Source: a virus (lineage: Duplodnaviria; Caudoviricetes). From it: a DNA stretch of 25,085 nt. Shown one piece after another: positions 9,007 through 18,600 of this stretch (the first letter of the stretch is position 1; each line of letters starts with the position of its first letter). The notes under the pieces are model-generated. The model saw only the letters and a list, made by a program, of their open reading frames with translations, did no database searches and was not told the DNA's origin. The position numbers were made by a program, and so were the translations under genes. The stretch is taken from positions 1 to 25,085 of IMG/VR virus record IMGVR_UViG_3300037462_000333; one strand, written 5' to 3'.

Positions 9007-9951
9007 ATGGCACGTGCGCAAGGCGCGCGGGCGCAGATGGCGCTTGCGTTCGAGACCAGTTACGGCACCCCGCCCGCGGGCGGGTTCACGAAGATGCCGT
9101 TTGCCAGCACCACGCTGGGGTCGGAACAGCCGCTCTTGAACAGCGAACTGCTGGGTTACGGCCGCGACCCTCTGGCGCCGATCAAGGATGCGGTCACGGC
9201 GGATGGTAATGTGGTCGTGCCCATCGATGCGAGCGCTTTCGGTTTCTGGCTAAAGGCCGCGTTCGGAACGCCGATCGTCACCGGCGCGGCAACAGGGCCG
9301 TTCACACACGAATTCCGCTCCGGTGCCTGGTCGCTGCCATCCATGTCCATCGAGACCGGCATGCCGGAGGTTCCGCGCTACGCGATGTATTCCGGCTGCG
9401 TGCTCGACAGCCTCAGCTGGCAGATGCAGCGGTCCGGTCTGCTGACCGCGACGGCCAGCCTTGTCGCACAAGGGGAAGCCATCGCCAGCGCCTCAGCTGC
9501 GGGCACACTGGCAGACCTCGACCTCCAGCGCTTCGGCCATTTCAACGGGGCGATCACGCGCGACGGCCAGCCGCTCGGCAACATCATCTCGGCCGAGATC
9601 ACCTATGCCAACAATCTGGACCGGGTGGAGACCATCCGCTCGGATGGCCGGATCGACGGGGCGGACCCCTCCATTGCCGCATTGACCGGCAAGATCGAGG
9701 TGCGCTTCGCCGATCAGGTGCTGGTGAACCAGGCCATCGCAGGCGATCCCTGCGCCCTGACCTTCGCCTACAGCCTGCCCTCGGGGGAGAGTTTCAGCTT
9801 CACGGCGCACGCCGTCTATCTCCCGCGCCCCCGGATCGAGATCCCGGGGCCGCAGGGCATCCAGGCCACCTTCGACTGGCAGGCCGCGCGCGACGCCAGC
9901 TTGGGCCGTATGTGCACCGCCACGCTCGTCAACGACATCGAGGAGTATTGA
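9007..9951 (+). CDS. Phage tail tube (major tail) protein
   Basis: 314 aa, strong AAGGAG RBS, MARAQGARAQMALAFET.YGT.P start, beta-rich, precedes the chaperone and tape measure genes. Confidence 0.88.
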   Translation: MARAQGARAQMALAFETSYGTPPAGGFTKMPFASTTLGSEQPLLNSELLGYGRDPLAPIKDAVTADGNVVVPIDASAFGFWLKAAFGTPIVTGAATGPFTHEFRSGAWSLPSMSIETGMPEVPRYAMYSGCVLDSLSWQMQRSGLLTATASLVAQGEAIASASAAGTLADLDLQRFGHFNGAITRDGQPLGNIISAEITYANNLDRVETIRSDGRIDGADPSIAALTGKIEVRFADQVLVNQAIAGDPCALTFAYSLPSGESFSFTAHAVYLPRPRIEIPGPQGIQATFDWQAARDASLGRMCTATLVNDIEEY

Positions 9952-9953
9952 TC

Positions 9954-10391
9954 ATGCTGCGTCTGAACCTCGCCCGTGAGGCTTGCTGGCTGGACCTTGC
10001 GCTGGGCGTGCGCGTGAAGGTTGAGCCCCTGACCACGGCCATCATGGTCGCCGCCCGCACCGACCCGGCCGTTCGGTCCATTGCGCCCGGTACGCCCGAT
10101 GACAGCATCGCGGTGGTCTTCGCCAAGGCCATCGCCACTCGCGCCATCATCGACTGGGATGGTGTGGGCGACGCCGATGGTACCGCGATCACCGTCAGCT
10201 CAGAAGCCATCGACGCGCTTCTCGATCTCTGGCCGATCTTCGAGAAGTTCCAGACGGCTTACGTCGCCAAGGGTCTGGAGCTCGAGGCGGAAAAAAACGT
10301 CTCGGCGCCCTCGCTGACTGGGTCTTCGGTGGGGGCGAAGGATACTGCCAGGCCTGTGAAGGGAGCTGCCCGGACTGCCCGCAAATCCTGA
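9954..10391 (+). CDS. Tail assembly chaperone (gpG-like), zero-frame product
   Basis: ATG 9954 after an AGGAG RBS, IIDWDGVGDADG motif, contains the slippery heptamer A AAA AAC at 10292-10298. Confidence 0.8.
   Translation: MLRLNLAREACWLDLALGVRVKVEPLTTAIMVAARTDPAVRSIAPGTPDDSIAVVFAKAIATRAIIDWDGVGDADGTAITVSSEAIDALLDLWPIFEKFQTAYVAKGLELEAEKNVSAPSLTGSSVGAKDTARPVKGAARTARKS
10277..10337 (+). promoter_or_regulatory. Programmed -1 ribosomal frameshift signal (SD-like GGAG, slippery A AAA AAC, downstream hairpin)
   Basis: GGAG 10277-10280, heptamer 10292-10298, 7-nt spacer, then a 12-bp stem 10306-10317/10326-10337 (3 G-U pairs) with an 8-nt loop. Confidence 0.75.
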
Positions 10392-10621
10392 ACGCCCCCC
10401 TGAGCCATGAGGGCTGGCAGATCTGGGATCTAGCGCAGCGCATGGGCGGCCAGATCCGCGCCATCCCAGGCGCGGTCCTCGGATGGGACATGACGGCCGC
10501 ACTGGCGATGGCCGCCGCCATGGGCATTTCACCCCGCGCCGTCGTCGAACTGTTGCCGGTGATCGAGGCTGTGATGGTGCGCAAGTTGAACGAAGAGAGA
10601 GAAGGTCGCCGCGATGGCTGA
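10298..10621 (+). CDS. Tail assembly chaperone gpT-like segment, expressed as a G-T fusion by -1 frameshift (not in the ORF track)
   Basis: The -1 frame is open from the slippery site to TGA 10619-10621: RLGALADWVFGGGEGYCQACEGSCPDCPQILNAPLSHEGWQIWDLAQRMGGQIRAIPGAVLGWDMTAALAMAAAMG...RKLNEEREGRRDG*. It overlaps the tape measure start. Confidence 0.75.
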   Translation, partial: RLGALADWVFGGGEGYCQACEGSCPDCPQILNAPLSHEGWQIWDLAQRMGGQIRAIPGAVLGWDMTAALAMAAAMGISPRAVVELLPVIEAVMVRKLNEEREGRRDG

Positions 10622-13076
10622 GAAGCGCGTTTCCGTCCGCCTCGCGGCCGTCGGCGGCCGCCAGGTGCGCGCCGAACTGGAAGGGATCGGCGAGGCCGGG
10701 ACGCGGGGCTTCGGCCGTCTGTCGCGCGAGATGGAGGCTGCGAACACCCGGCTTGCCGCCTTTGCCCGGCGGGCCGGGATCGCCATGGCTGCGGCCGCCT
10801 CCGCCGCCACCGCAGGCCTCGGCATCATCGTGCGCAACGCGGCCCAGAGTGCCGACCAGATCCGGCAGTTCGCGCAAGTGGCCAATGCCACGCCCGAGAG
10901 CTTCCAGCGCTGGGCGGCAGGGGCGCGCACGGTCGGGGTCGAGCAGGAGAAGCTGGCCGACATCCTGAAGGACGTGAACGACCGGGTGGGGGATTTCCTG
11001 CAGACCGGCGGCGGGCCGATGAAGGACTTCTTCGAGCAGATCGCCCCGCGTGTGGGCGTCACGGCCGAAGAGTTTGCACGCCTGTCGGGGCCGGAAGCCT
11101 TGCAGCTCTACGTGACCTCGCTCGAGAAGGCGGGGCTCAGCCAGCAGGAGATGACCTTCTATCTCGAGGCCATGGCCTCGGACGCCACGCGCCTTCTGCC
11201 GCTCCTGCGCGATGGCGGGGCCGAGATGACCCGCTTCGGCGATCAGGCCCGCTCGGTTGGCGCGATCCTCGACGGTGAGGCGCTGTCCTCGCTCCGCCAG
11301 ACCCAGATCGCACTGGGCAGTCTCGGCATGGTCTTCGACGGCATCCGCAACCAGATCGCCGTGGCCGTGGCGCCTGCGGTCACCTGGCTGGCTGAGGCCT
11401 TCGTGACCCTTGCCTCCGAAGGTGGCACGCTGCGGATGGCCCTCGATACGCTGGGCGAGAACATCGGCCGCATGGCGTCTTATGCCGCGGCCTTCGTGGG
11501 CGTGATGGCGGGGCGCTGGGTGGCGGGGCTCGCCGCCGCGGCGCTCTCCGTCCGAGGGCTCGCGACGGCACTCGTTGTCCTGCGTGGTGCGCTGATCCGC
11601 ACTGGCATCGGGGCACTGATCGTCGGTGCGGGCGAGTTGATCTTCCAGTTCGGACGGCTGGTGCAGGGCACGGGCAGCGTTGGGGCCGCGCTGGGCCTCT
11701 TGGGCGATCTCGCCCGTGAGGTCTGGGATCGCATGAAGCTCGGCATGGTCGCGTTGGGTCTCTCGATCATGGCGGGCTGGGCCGAGATCAGCGCAGGCAT
11801 CACCGCCGCCTTGCAGACCGGTCTCGAGGCGGTGGTGGGATTCGGGAATGCGACGCTGAACACATTTCAGGGGGCGATGGAGGCGGTGAAGGTGCTCTGG
11901 TCGGCGCTGCCTGCCACCATCGGCGAGTTCGCCTATGGCGCGGCCAATGCGCTGATAGGCGGGGTCGAGGCCATGCTGAACGGCGTGGCCGCGCGCATCG
12001 ACGGCTTCCTTGAAGGGATCAATGCCGGTCTCGACGTGCTAGGCATCGAGAAGCGGGTGCCGCTGATCGGCACCATCGAGCTGGGCGGGATCGAGAACCC
12101 GTTTGAGGGGGCTGCGGCCAATGCCGGGGCGGAGGCGCGTGCTGCGTTCGAGGCGGCCTTCAACAGCGATCCCATCGCGCCGCCCGATCTCGGCCTGACC
12201 GCCGCAGCCGAGGCGGCGCGGGGCGAAGTGGCGCGACTGCGCGACATGATGGGTGAGGTGGCGACAGCTGCCACTGCGCCCCTGCAGTCTGTCGCGGCCA
12301 TGCGAGAGGCCGTCTCGGCCTCCGGCACCGAGGCTGCCGACGGGCTCGAGGACGCGCGCACGGCCGCGACAGGTCTTGGCACCGCCCTGCAGGGAGCGGG
12401 CGAGGCTGCGGAAGCTGCGGGCAGTTCGGGGCGCGGCGCAGGCGATGCGCTGCGCGAGGGGGCCGATGCCGCGAAGAACGCATGGGAGGCCACGGCCGAG
12501 GCGGTGCGCAAGGCGCAGGAGAAGTCGCGCGAGATCGCGCAAGGCCTCGCGCAGGACATCACCGGCCCGATCAAGGAGGCCCTGACCTCGGGGGAATTCA
12601 CCTGGGAGACTTTTGCGGGGGCGATTTCGCGGATCGCACAGAACCTCGCCACGCGGCTAATCGATCTGGCCTTCAAGCCCATCGAGAACGCCCTGATCAA
12701 CGCCTTCTCGGGCGGTGGCGGGTTCTTCGGCAGCCTCTTTGGTTTTGCCAAGGGCGGGGTCTTTGCCGGGGGCGCGGAACTGACCGCCTTCGCGCGGGGT
12801 GGTGTGGTGAACCGGCCGACGGTGTTCCCCTTCGCCAAGGGCGTGGGCCTCATGGGCGAGGCAGGGCCGGAGGCCATCCTGCCCCTGCGCCGCGGCAAGG
12901 GCGGCAGGCTCGGGGTCGAGATGAATGGCGATGGCGACGCTGCAGCATCCTCCATGTCGACGCGCATCATCAATGTGCTCGACCCGTCTGTCGTCGGCGA
13001 CTACCTCGCCACGCCTTCTGGGGAACGGGCCATCCTGAACGTCATCCGCCGCAACCGGGGCGCCATCAATGCCTGA
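10614..13076 (+). CDS. Tail tape measure protein
   Basis: 820 aa, Ala/Gly-rich and helical, with hydrophobic mid-segments and C-terminal FAKGG...GLMGEAGPEAILPL. Follows the chaperones. Confidence 0.93.
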   Translation: MAEKRVSVRLAAVGGRQVRAELEGIGEAGTRGFGRLSREMEAANTRLAAFARRAGIAMAAAASAATAGLGIIVRNAAQSADQIRQFAQVANATPESFQRWAAGARTVGVEQEKLADILKDVNDRVGDFLQTGGGPMKDFFEQIAPRVGVTAEEFARLSGPEALQLYVTSLEKAGLSQQEMTFYLEAMASDATRLLPLLRDGGAEMTRFGDQARSVGAILDGEALSSLRQTQIALGSLGMVFDGIRNQIAVAVAPAVTWLAEAFVTLASEGGTLRMALDTLGENIGRMASYAAAFVGVMAGRWVAGLAAAALSVRGLATALVVLRGALIRTGIGALIVGAGELIFQFGRLVQGTGSVGAALGLLGDLAREVWDRMKLGMVALGLSIMAGWAEISAGITAALQTGLEAVVGFGNATLNTFQGAMEAVKVLWSALPATIGEFAYGAANALIGGVEAMLNGVAARIDGFLEGINAGLDVLGIEKRVPLIGTIELGGIENPFEGAAANAGAEARAAFEAAFNSDPIAPPDLGLTAAAEAARGEVARLRDMMGEVATAATAPLQSVAAMREAVSASGTEAADGLEDARTAATGLGTALQGAGEAAEAAGSSGRGAGDALREGADAAKNAWEATAEAVRKAQEKSREIAQGLAQDITGPIKEALTSGEFTWETFAGAISRIAQNLATRLIDLAFKPIENALINAFSGGGGFFGSLFGFAKGGVFAGGAELTAFARGGVVNRPTVFPFAKGVGLMGEAGPEAILPLRRGKGGRLGVEMNGDGDAAASSMSTRIINVLDPSVVGDYLATPSGERAILNVIRRNRGAINA

Positions 13077-14217
13077 ACTCTGGCCTTTCCCGGCGGCGCA
13101 GGAGATCACCGAGGTGCTGGAATGGCGCACGGATGTGCTGCAGTCCCAGGCTGGCGAACAGCGCATCGCGCTCAGATCCCGCCCGCGGGAGATCGTCACG
13201 GTCCAGCATCGCTGCGACGCGCTGGCCATGGCGCGGGCGGCAGAACTGGTGCGGGCGGGGTTTGCCGCCGAATGGCGGGTGCCGCTCTGGAACATGGCGA
13301 TGCAGCCTACGGCGGATCTGGCGCAGGGGGCGACGGAGATTGCCGTCGACACCGCCATGGTGGATTTCCGGGCGGGGGCCACTGTGGCGATCGCGGTGGA
13401 CGGACGCGAGCCATCGCTCGCGGAGATCGTCAGCGTCGAAGCAGATCGGCTGATCCTGATCGAACCGCTGACAACGCAACTGCCCGCCGCAACCGTGGCG
13501 GCTCAGCGCGTGAGCATCGCGCCGGTGCGGGCAGGAGTTCTTTCAATCCCTGTCGAGATCGCACGCCGTCGCCAGAATGACGGGATGGTCTCCGCCACCT
13601 TCCTGATGCGCGATGCTCCGGATCTGACCGCGCCAGTGCTGCCGACCTATCTCGGCCGCGCGGTACAGATCGACCCGAGCCTGACCCGTTCGCCGATCAC
13701 CGCCAGCCTTCGCCGTGCCGTCGAATATGTCGACAACGGTTTCGGGCCAGTCGTGGTCGAGCCGCTGCGGGATCTGTTCGAGAGGGGCGAGGCGATCACC
13801 CTGAAGGCGCAGGGCGCGGTGGAACGTTTGGCGTTGCGCCGCTGGCTCTGGTCACTCCGTGGCCGACAAAGCAGCTTCTGGTTGCCGACCTGGGGGCGTG
13901 AGCTGCAGCTGCGTGCGGCCATGACTTCCGGATCCACGCTGATGCGCGTGGTGCCCGTTGCGGAACTGGCGGCCTATGTCGGGCGCGCCATCCTCCTCGA
14001 GATGCCGAGCGGGTTCCGGTTCCGGACGATCAACGCGGCTGTGGCGGACGGCGCGGATCACCGGCTGACGCTGTCTTCGAGCCTCGGCGAGCCGGTGGCC
14101 ATCGGGACGAAGGTGCATTTCCTGACGCTGGTGCGATCGGATGCGGATCGCGTGGAGATCCGGAACGGCGCCGTGGCCAGTGAAGTGACCCTGCCGGTCG
14201 TGGAAGTTCTGGAATGA
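13069..14217 (+). CDS. Tail-tip/baseplate protein, probable distal tail (Dit-like) with two related halves
   Basis: 382 aa directly after the tape measure gene. GEQRIALR..PR near the N-terminus, and a paired WRVPLW / FWLPTW motif. Confidence 0.6.
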   Translation: MPELWPFPAAQEITEVLEWRTDVLQSQAGEQRIALRSRPREIVTVQHRCDALAMARAAELVRAGFAAEWRVPLWNMAMQPTADLAQGATEIAVDTAMVDFRAGATVAIAVDGREPSLAEIVSVEADRLILIEPLTTQLPAATVAAQRVSIAPVRAGVLSIPVEIARRRQNDGMVSATFLMRDAPDLTAPVLPTYLGRAVQIDPSLTRSPITASLRRAVEYVDNGFGPVVVEPLRDLFERGEAITLKAQGAVERLALRRWLWSLRGRQSSFWLPTWGRELQLRAAMTSGSTLMRVVPVAELAAYVGRAILLEMPSGFRFRTINAAVADGADHRLTLSSSLGEPVAIGTKVHFLTLVRSDADRVEIRNGAVASEVTLPVVEVLE

Positions 14218-15074
14218 CCTACGCCACCATCGAGTCCTCGACCGCCGAGGGCCGCCCCTATTACCTCTACCAGTTCGTCGAGGGCGATCAGGTCTGGCGC
14301 TTCACGAGCCGGGCCATCGACTGGACCAGTGCAGCCAGCGAAGGCGATGCGATCACCTGGGAACCAGCCGCCATTTCCCATGGCGATGTGGTGCAAACGA
14401 GCGAGATCGAGCGAGGGCGGCTGGAACTGACCTGGCCGCTGTCGCACCCCTTCGCGCGCCGCTTCCTTGCGCCCTTGGGCAACACGCCCGTGACGCTGAC
14501 CATCTTCCGTGGCCATGAGCAGGTGCTGGGCGAGACAGTCGCCCATTGGAAGGGCCGCGTGGTGGGCGCCGAGGTCGAGGGCGTGCGGATCCTTCTGAAC
14601 TGTGAATCCGTCTTCAGCACCCTACGCCGGGCGGGGGTGCGGGCGAAGTACCAGCGCCTTTGCCGCCATGCGCTCTACGGCCGTGGCTGCGGGCTCGACA
14701 TCGGGTTCCACTGTCAGACGGGCACCGTGACGGCCGTCTCGGGCAATGCCCTGACCGTCCTGGAGGCGGCGGGACAACCCGACGGCTGGTTTCGTGGTGG
14801 GGTGCTGCGGTTCGGGGCGCAGCTTGGGTTCATCACCGGCCATGTCGGAACGACCCTGACCCTGTCGCGCCCGATGCCGGAACTGGCGGCAGCTCTCGCA
14901 GCTCCCGAGGTCGACCCCGAGACCGGCGATCCTCTCCCCCTTGTCGCCGACCTCGCTCCCGGTTGCGACCTGCGCGCGGCCACCTGTGCGGCCAAGTTTG
15001 GCAATCTCCCGAACTTCGGCGGCTTCCCCGAGATCCCCGGCCGCAACCCCTTCGGCGGCAGTTCCATCGTCTGA
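14214..15074 (+). CDS. Baseplate hub protein, BR0599/DUF2163 family (lambda gpL-like, probable Fe-S cluster)
   Basis: CRHALYGRGC and PGCD....TC..KF.N..NFGGFP.IP..NP motifs. Confidence 0.88.
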   Translation: MTYATIESSTAEGRPYYLYQFVEGDQVWRFTSRAIDWTSAASEGDAITWEPAAISHGDVVQTSEIERGRLELTWPLSHPFARRFLAPLGNTPVTLTIFRGHEQVLGETVAHWKGRVVGAEVEGVRILLNCESVFSTLRRAGVRAKYQRLCRHALYGRGCGLDIGFHCQTGTVTAVSGNALTVLEAAGQPDGWFRGGVLRFGAQLGFITGHVGTTLTLSRPMPELAAALAAPEVDPETGDPLPLVADLAPGCDLRAATCAAKFGNLPNFGGFPEIPGRNPFGGSSIV

Positions 15075-15079
15075 CCGAA

Positions 15080-15123
15080 GCGCTTGCAGAGAAAGTTGCC
15101 CGACTTTCTCGGTTCGCAAGCGC
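15080..15123. repeat. Intergenic palindromic element (interrupted stem-loop)
   Basis: GCGCTTGC(15080-87)/GCAAGCGC(15116-23) enclosing GAGAAAGT(15089-96)/ACTTTCTC(15103-10). Confidence 0.65.
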
Positions 15124-15144
15124 GACCACTGAGAGACGCCATCC

Positions 15145-15393
15145 ATGGTCTGGACCTTCATCGCGCGGCTCGTCCTTGGGCTCGTGCTTTCGGCGATTTC
15201 CTATGCGCTGAGCCCGCGGCCCAAGGTCGAGAAGCCGCAAGCGGCGGGGCTCGACGATTTCACGCTGCCAACGGCAGAGGAAGGCCGGCCGATACCGGTC
15301 GTTTTCGGCACGGTGCTGATTACCGGCCCGAATGTCGTCTGGGCCGGGGACCTGAAGGTCGATCCCATCAAGAAGAAAGGCGGCAAGAAGTGA
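15145..15393 (+). CDS. Small tail-tip assembly protein (N-terminal hydrophobic helix, PTAEEGRPIPVVFGT motif)
   Basis: 82 aa. The P.PVVFGT motif and Lys-rich end are typical of tail-tip proteins following BR0599. Confidence 0.75.
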   Translation: MVWTFIARLVLGLVLSAISYALSPRPKVEKPQAAGLDDFTLPTAEEGRPIPVVFGTVLITGPNVVWAGDLKVDPIKKKGGKK

Positions 15394-15620
15394 CCCGCGT
15401 GACGATCCAGGACCTGCGCGCCGCCCGCTACTGCCTCGCGGGCGTGCGGCCGTGGTTCCGGCGCCATGGGCTCGACTGGCAGGCGTTTCTGGACAGCGGC
15501 ATCGAAGCGGACGCCTTGCGCGCCACCGGCGATGCGCTGGTCGAACCGGTGATCCGTCAGGCCGAGGTGCGACTGGCTGCACAAGGAATGTCCGACACGG
15601 AGGCGAGCAATGGGCGGTAG
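15390..15620 (+). CDS. Small tail-tip associated hypothetical protein
   Basis: GTGA overlap start at 15390, motif YCLAGVRPWFRRHGLDWQAFLDSGI, overlaps the next gene start. Confidence 0.72.
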   Translation: MTRVTIQDLRAARYCLAGVRPWFRRHGLDWQAFLDSGIEADALRATGDALVEPVIRQAEVRLAAQGMSDTEASNGR

Positions 15621-18600
15621 GAAAGCCCAGACCGTCGGCTACCGCTATTCGCTGGGGGTCCATCTGGCACTCTGCCACGGGCCGGTCGATGCGATCCGCG
15701 AGATCCTCGTCGACCGTCGCACCGCCTGGTCCGTCACGACTGGCGGGGGTTCCTCCGGAGGCGGCGGTGCAGCAGTAGAGACGCGGATTGGCACGGTCAC
15801 TGGAATGACCGCCACGGCGGCACTGGCAGGCGACAGCGGCGCAACCATCAGCTTCCCCGGCACCCGCGCAGGCGTGCGCATCGGGCAGGACTTTCGCCTG
15901 GCGCTTGCGAATGGCAGCAGCCAGACGATCACTCTGCAGGCCGTCACCTTCGATGCCGCGACCAACACCACCCGCTGGACCGTGCTGCCCGAAGCCCTGA
16001 GCTTCGCCGCCCAGACCGTCTGGGTCTTCGAGTCCACCACCGGCGCCAGCAGTGCCGGTGCCGGTGGCGGTCGCATCCGGATCGACAAGCCCGACCTTTT
16101 CGGCGGCGAGAGCCGCGAGGGCGGCATCCGTGGCGACGTCGATGTGCTGATGGGCGGGCCAGGACAGGGGGCGAACGACTATCTCGCCGCGCGCATGGGT
16201 GGGGACGTGCCTGCCTATCGCGGCCTCTGCAGCCTCGTGCTGCGGCAGGTCTATCTCGGCATCAACCCGTACCTGAAGCCATGGGCCGTGCGCGTGACCC
16301 GCGTGCTGACAGGCGAGGCAGGCGCGGCACAATGGTATCCCGAGAAGGCGGCCATCGTGCCCGAGGCCAACATCTCGGATGCCGCGATCTACATCGCCCT
16401 CGACGTTTCGGGCTCCATGTCGGGCACGCGCATGTCGGCCCAGAAGGCAGGCGTCGCGGCGCTCATCCGCGAGATCGCCGCGGGTGTGGATCCTGACCGG
16501 CCGAACGATATCCGCATCGTTCTCTGGAACGTGGCCGTCGCAGGATCCATCGAACGGCGCAACATGGGGCCTGCGGACTATGCCGCGCTCGAGGCCTGGA
16601 TGCTGGGGCTCTCGAACTTCACGAATGGCGGCACCAGCTTCAACGCGGCCTTTACCGAGGCAAACGCCTTCTTTGCAGGCAGCGGATCCAAACGCCGGAT
16701 CGTCATCTTCGTGACCGATGGAGAACCCGCACCCGTCTCTTCGGTCGATGCGGCGCTGGCGATCATCCGCACCCTGCCGCCTGCGGACATCTTCGGCTTC
16801 AACATTGCGCTCGCCGACACCTCCTACACAGCGCGCATCGACAACACGCCGGTCGACGGGGTGCCGGTGATCCCGCCCGGGAACCCGCAGGCGCTGGTCG
16901 CGTCGCTCCGCGGGGCCTTCGGCAACGGCCCTGACATGAACCCGGCCCATATCATCCGGGAATGCCTGACCAACCGCGACTGGGGCCTTGGCTATTCCTA
17001 CGTCGAGATCGGGGCGAGTTTTACCGCCGCCGCAGATGCGCTCTATGCCGAGGGCTTCGGGCTGTCGCTGATCTGGCAGCAGGACAGTTCCATCGAAGAG
17101 TTCATCGCCAGCGTCCTCGACCATATCGACGCCACGCTCTTCATCGACCGGCGCACCGGACTCTGGGAACTCAAGCTGATCCGGGCGGACTATGTGGCTG
17201 CGACGCTGCCCCTGTTCGACGAGACCAACGTGGTGGACTGGGGCCGACTTGGCCGCCGGTCGCCCTCCGATCTGGTGAACTCGGTGACGGTGCGGTTCAC
17301 CGATGCCTGGACCGACGACACCGGCGCGGTCAGCGTGACCGACACCGCCCGCGTCCAGGCGATGGGCGAAGTGCTGGCCACCACGCTCGACTATCCGGGC
17401 ATCCGCTATCAGGGACTCGCCGTGCGTGTGGCCGAGCGCGACTTGCGTGCACTGTCGGCACCACTCCTGACCGGTGAGATCGTCGTCAACCGCGAAGGGG
17501 CAGACCTCGGACCCGGCGACGTGATCCGGCTGCGCTCGACGCGGCTGGGTCTGGATGACGTGGTCATGCGCATCTCGGAGATCGGCCAGGGCGACGGGCG
17601 CGACAATGGCATCCGGCTGAAGATCGCGGAGGACGTCTTCGCGCTGGGCGCGACCGCAATCGCGGGCGGTCGCATGCCCACCGGCACCGGTGTCGCTGCT
17701 CCGCCGCGGGCATTGGCCCGGCGCATGGTCGACGAAGCCCCGTACTGGCTTCTCGTCCGCGAGCTTGGCCACAGCGAGGCCGACCGCCGCCTCGCCGAGG
17801 ATCCGGACGCAGGCGCGCTGGTCGCGACCGGTGAACGCCCCAGCGCCGATGCGCTGGCGGCCCAACTCTGGATCGATCCCGGCACCGGACCTACGCAGGA
17901 GGGGGTGGTGGCCTTCACCCCGACAGCGTTGCTGGGCGCCGACGTGACGGACAGCCCAGAAGCGCGCGTGATCCCGGTGACGGGCTGGCGCGACATTGGC
18001 GAGGTCGAGATCGGCACGCTGGCCAGCATCGGCGGCGAGCTGGTCCGTGTCGACGGGATCACGCCGACCAGTATCACCGTGGGTCGGGGTTGCCTCGACA
18101 CCGTCCCGCGCGCACATGCCTCGGGCACGCCGGTCATCTTCTTCGACGGGGTGGCGCGGATCACCGAGGACAGCTGGGCGGCAGGCGAGACGCTGGCCGC
18201 GCGGCTCCTGCCCGAGACCGGACGCGGTACGCTGGCCTTCGCGCTGGCCCCGGAAGATGCCGTGACGCTGGACAGCCGCGCCATCCGCCCCCTGCCGCCC
18301 GGGCGCGTGCAAGGGAATGGCAGCTACGCCCCCAATGTCGATGCGCTGGTCATCGGCCCACTCGCCCTGACCTGGACGCATCGTGACCGGCTGACCCAGA
18401 CGAGCCCCGTGATCGTCGATCACACCGGGGCCTCGATCGGCCCCGAACCGGGTGTCGGCTACATCATCGAGGTGCGCTGGGTGGATCCGGATAGCGGCAT
18501 GGCCATCCTCCCCGCAGGCGTGGTGATCGATGCAGGCACAGCGGCCAGCTGGACCCTTGCGCCGGAGGCCATCCCGGAACTCGGCGCCCCGGATCGCACG

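Noticed and set aside
15084-15389. Upstream extension of the 178-aa ORF
   Set aside because: It overlaps the palindrome and the 82-aa gene. The coupled GTG at 15390 is the better start.
14833-18423. 1196-aa minus-strand ORF
   Set aside because: Antisense shadow of well-supported tail genes. High-GC codon bias suppresses stops, and it has Arg/Gly/His-rich composition with no motifs.
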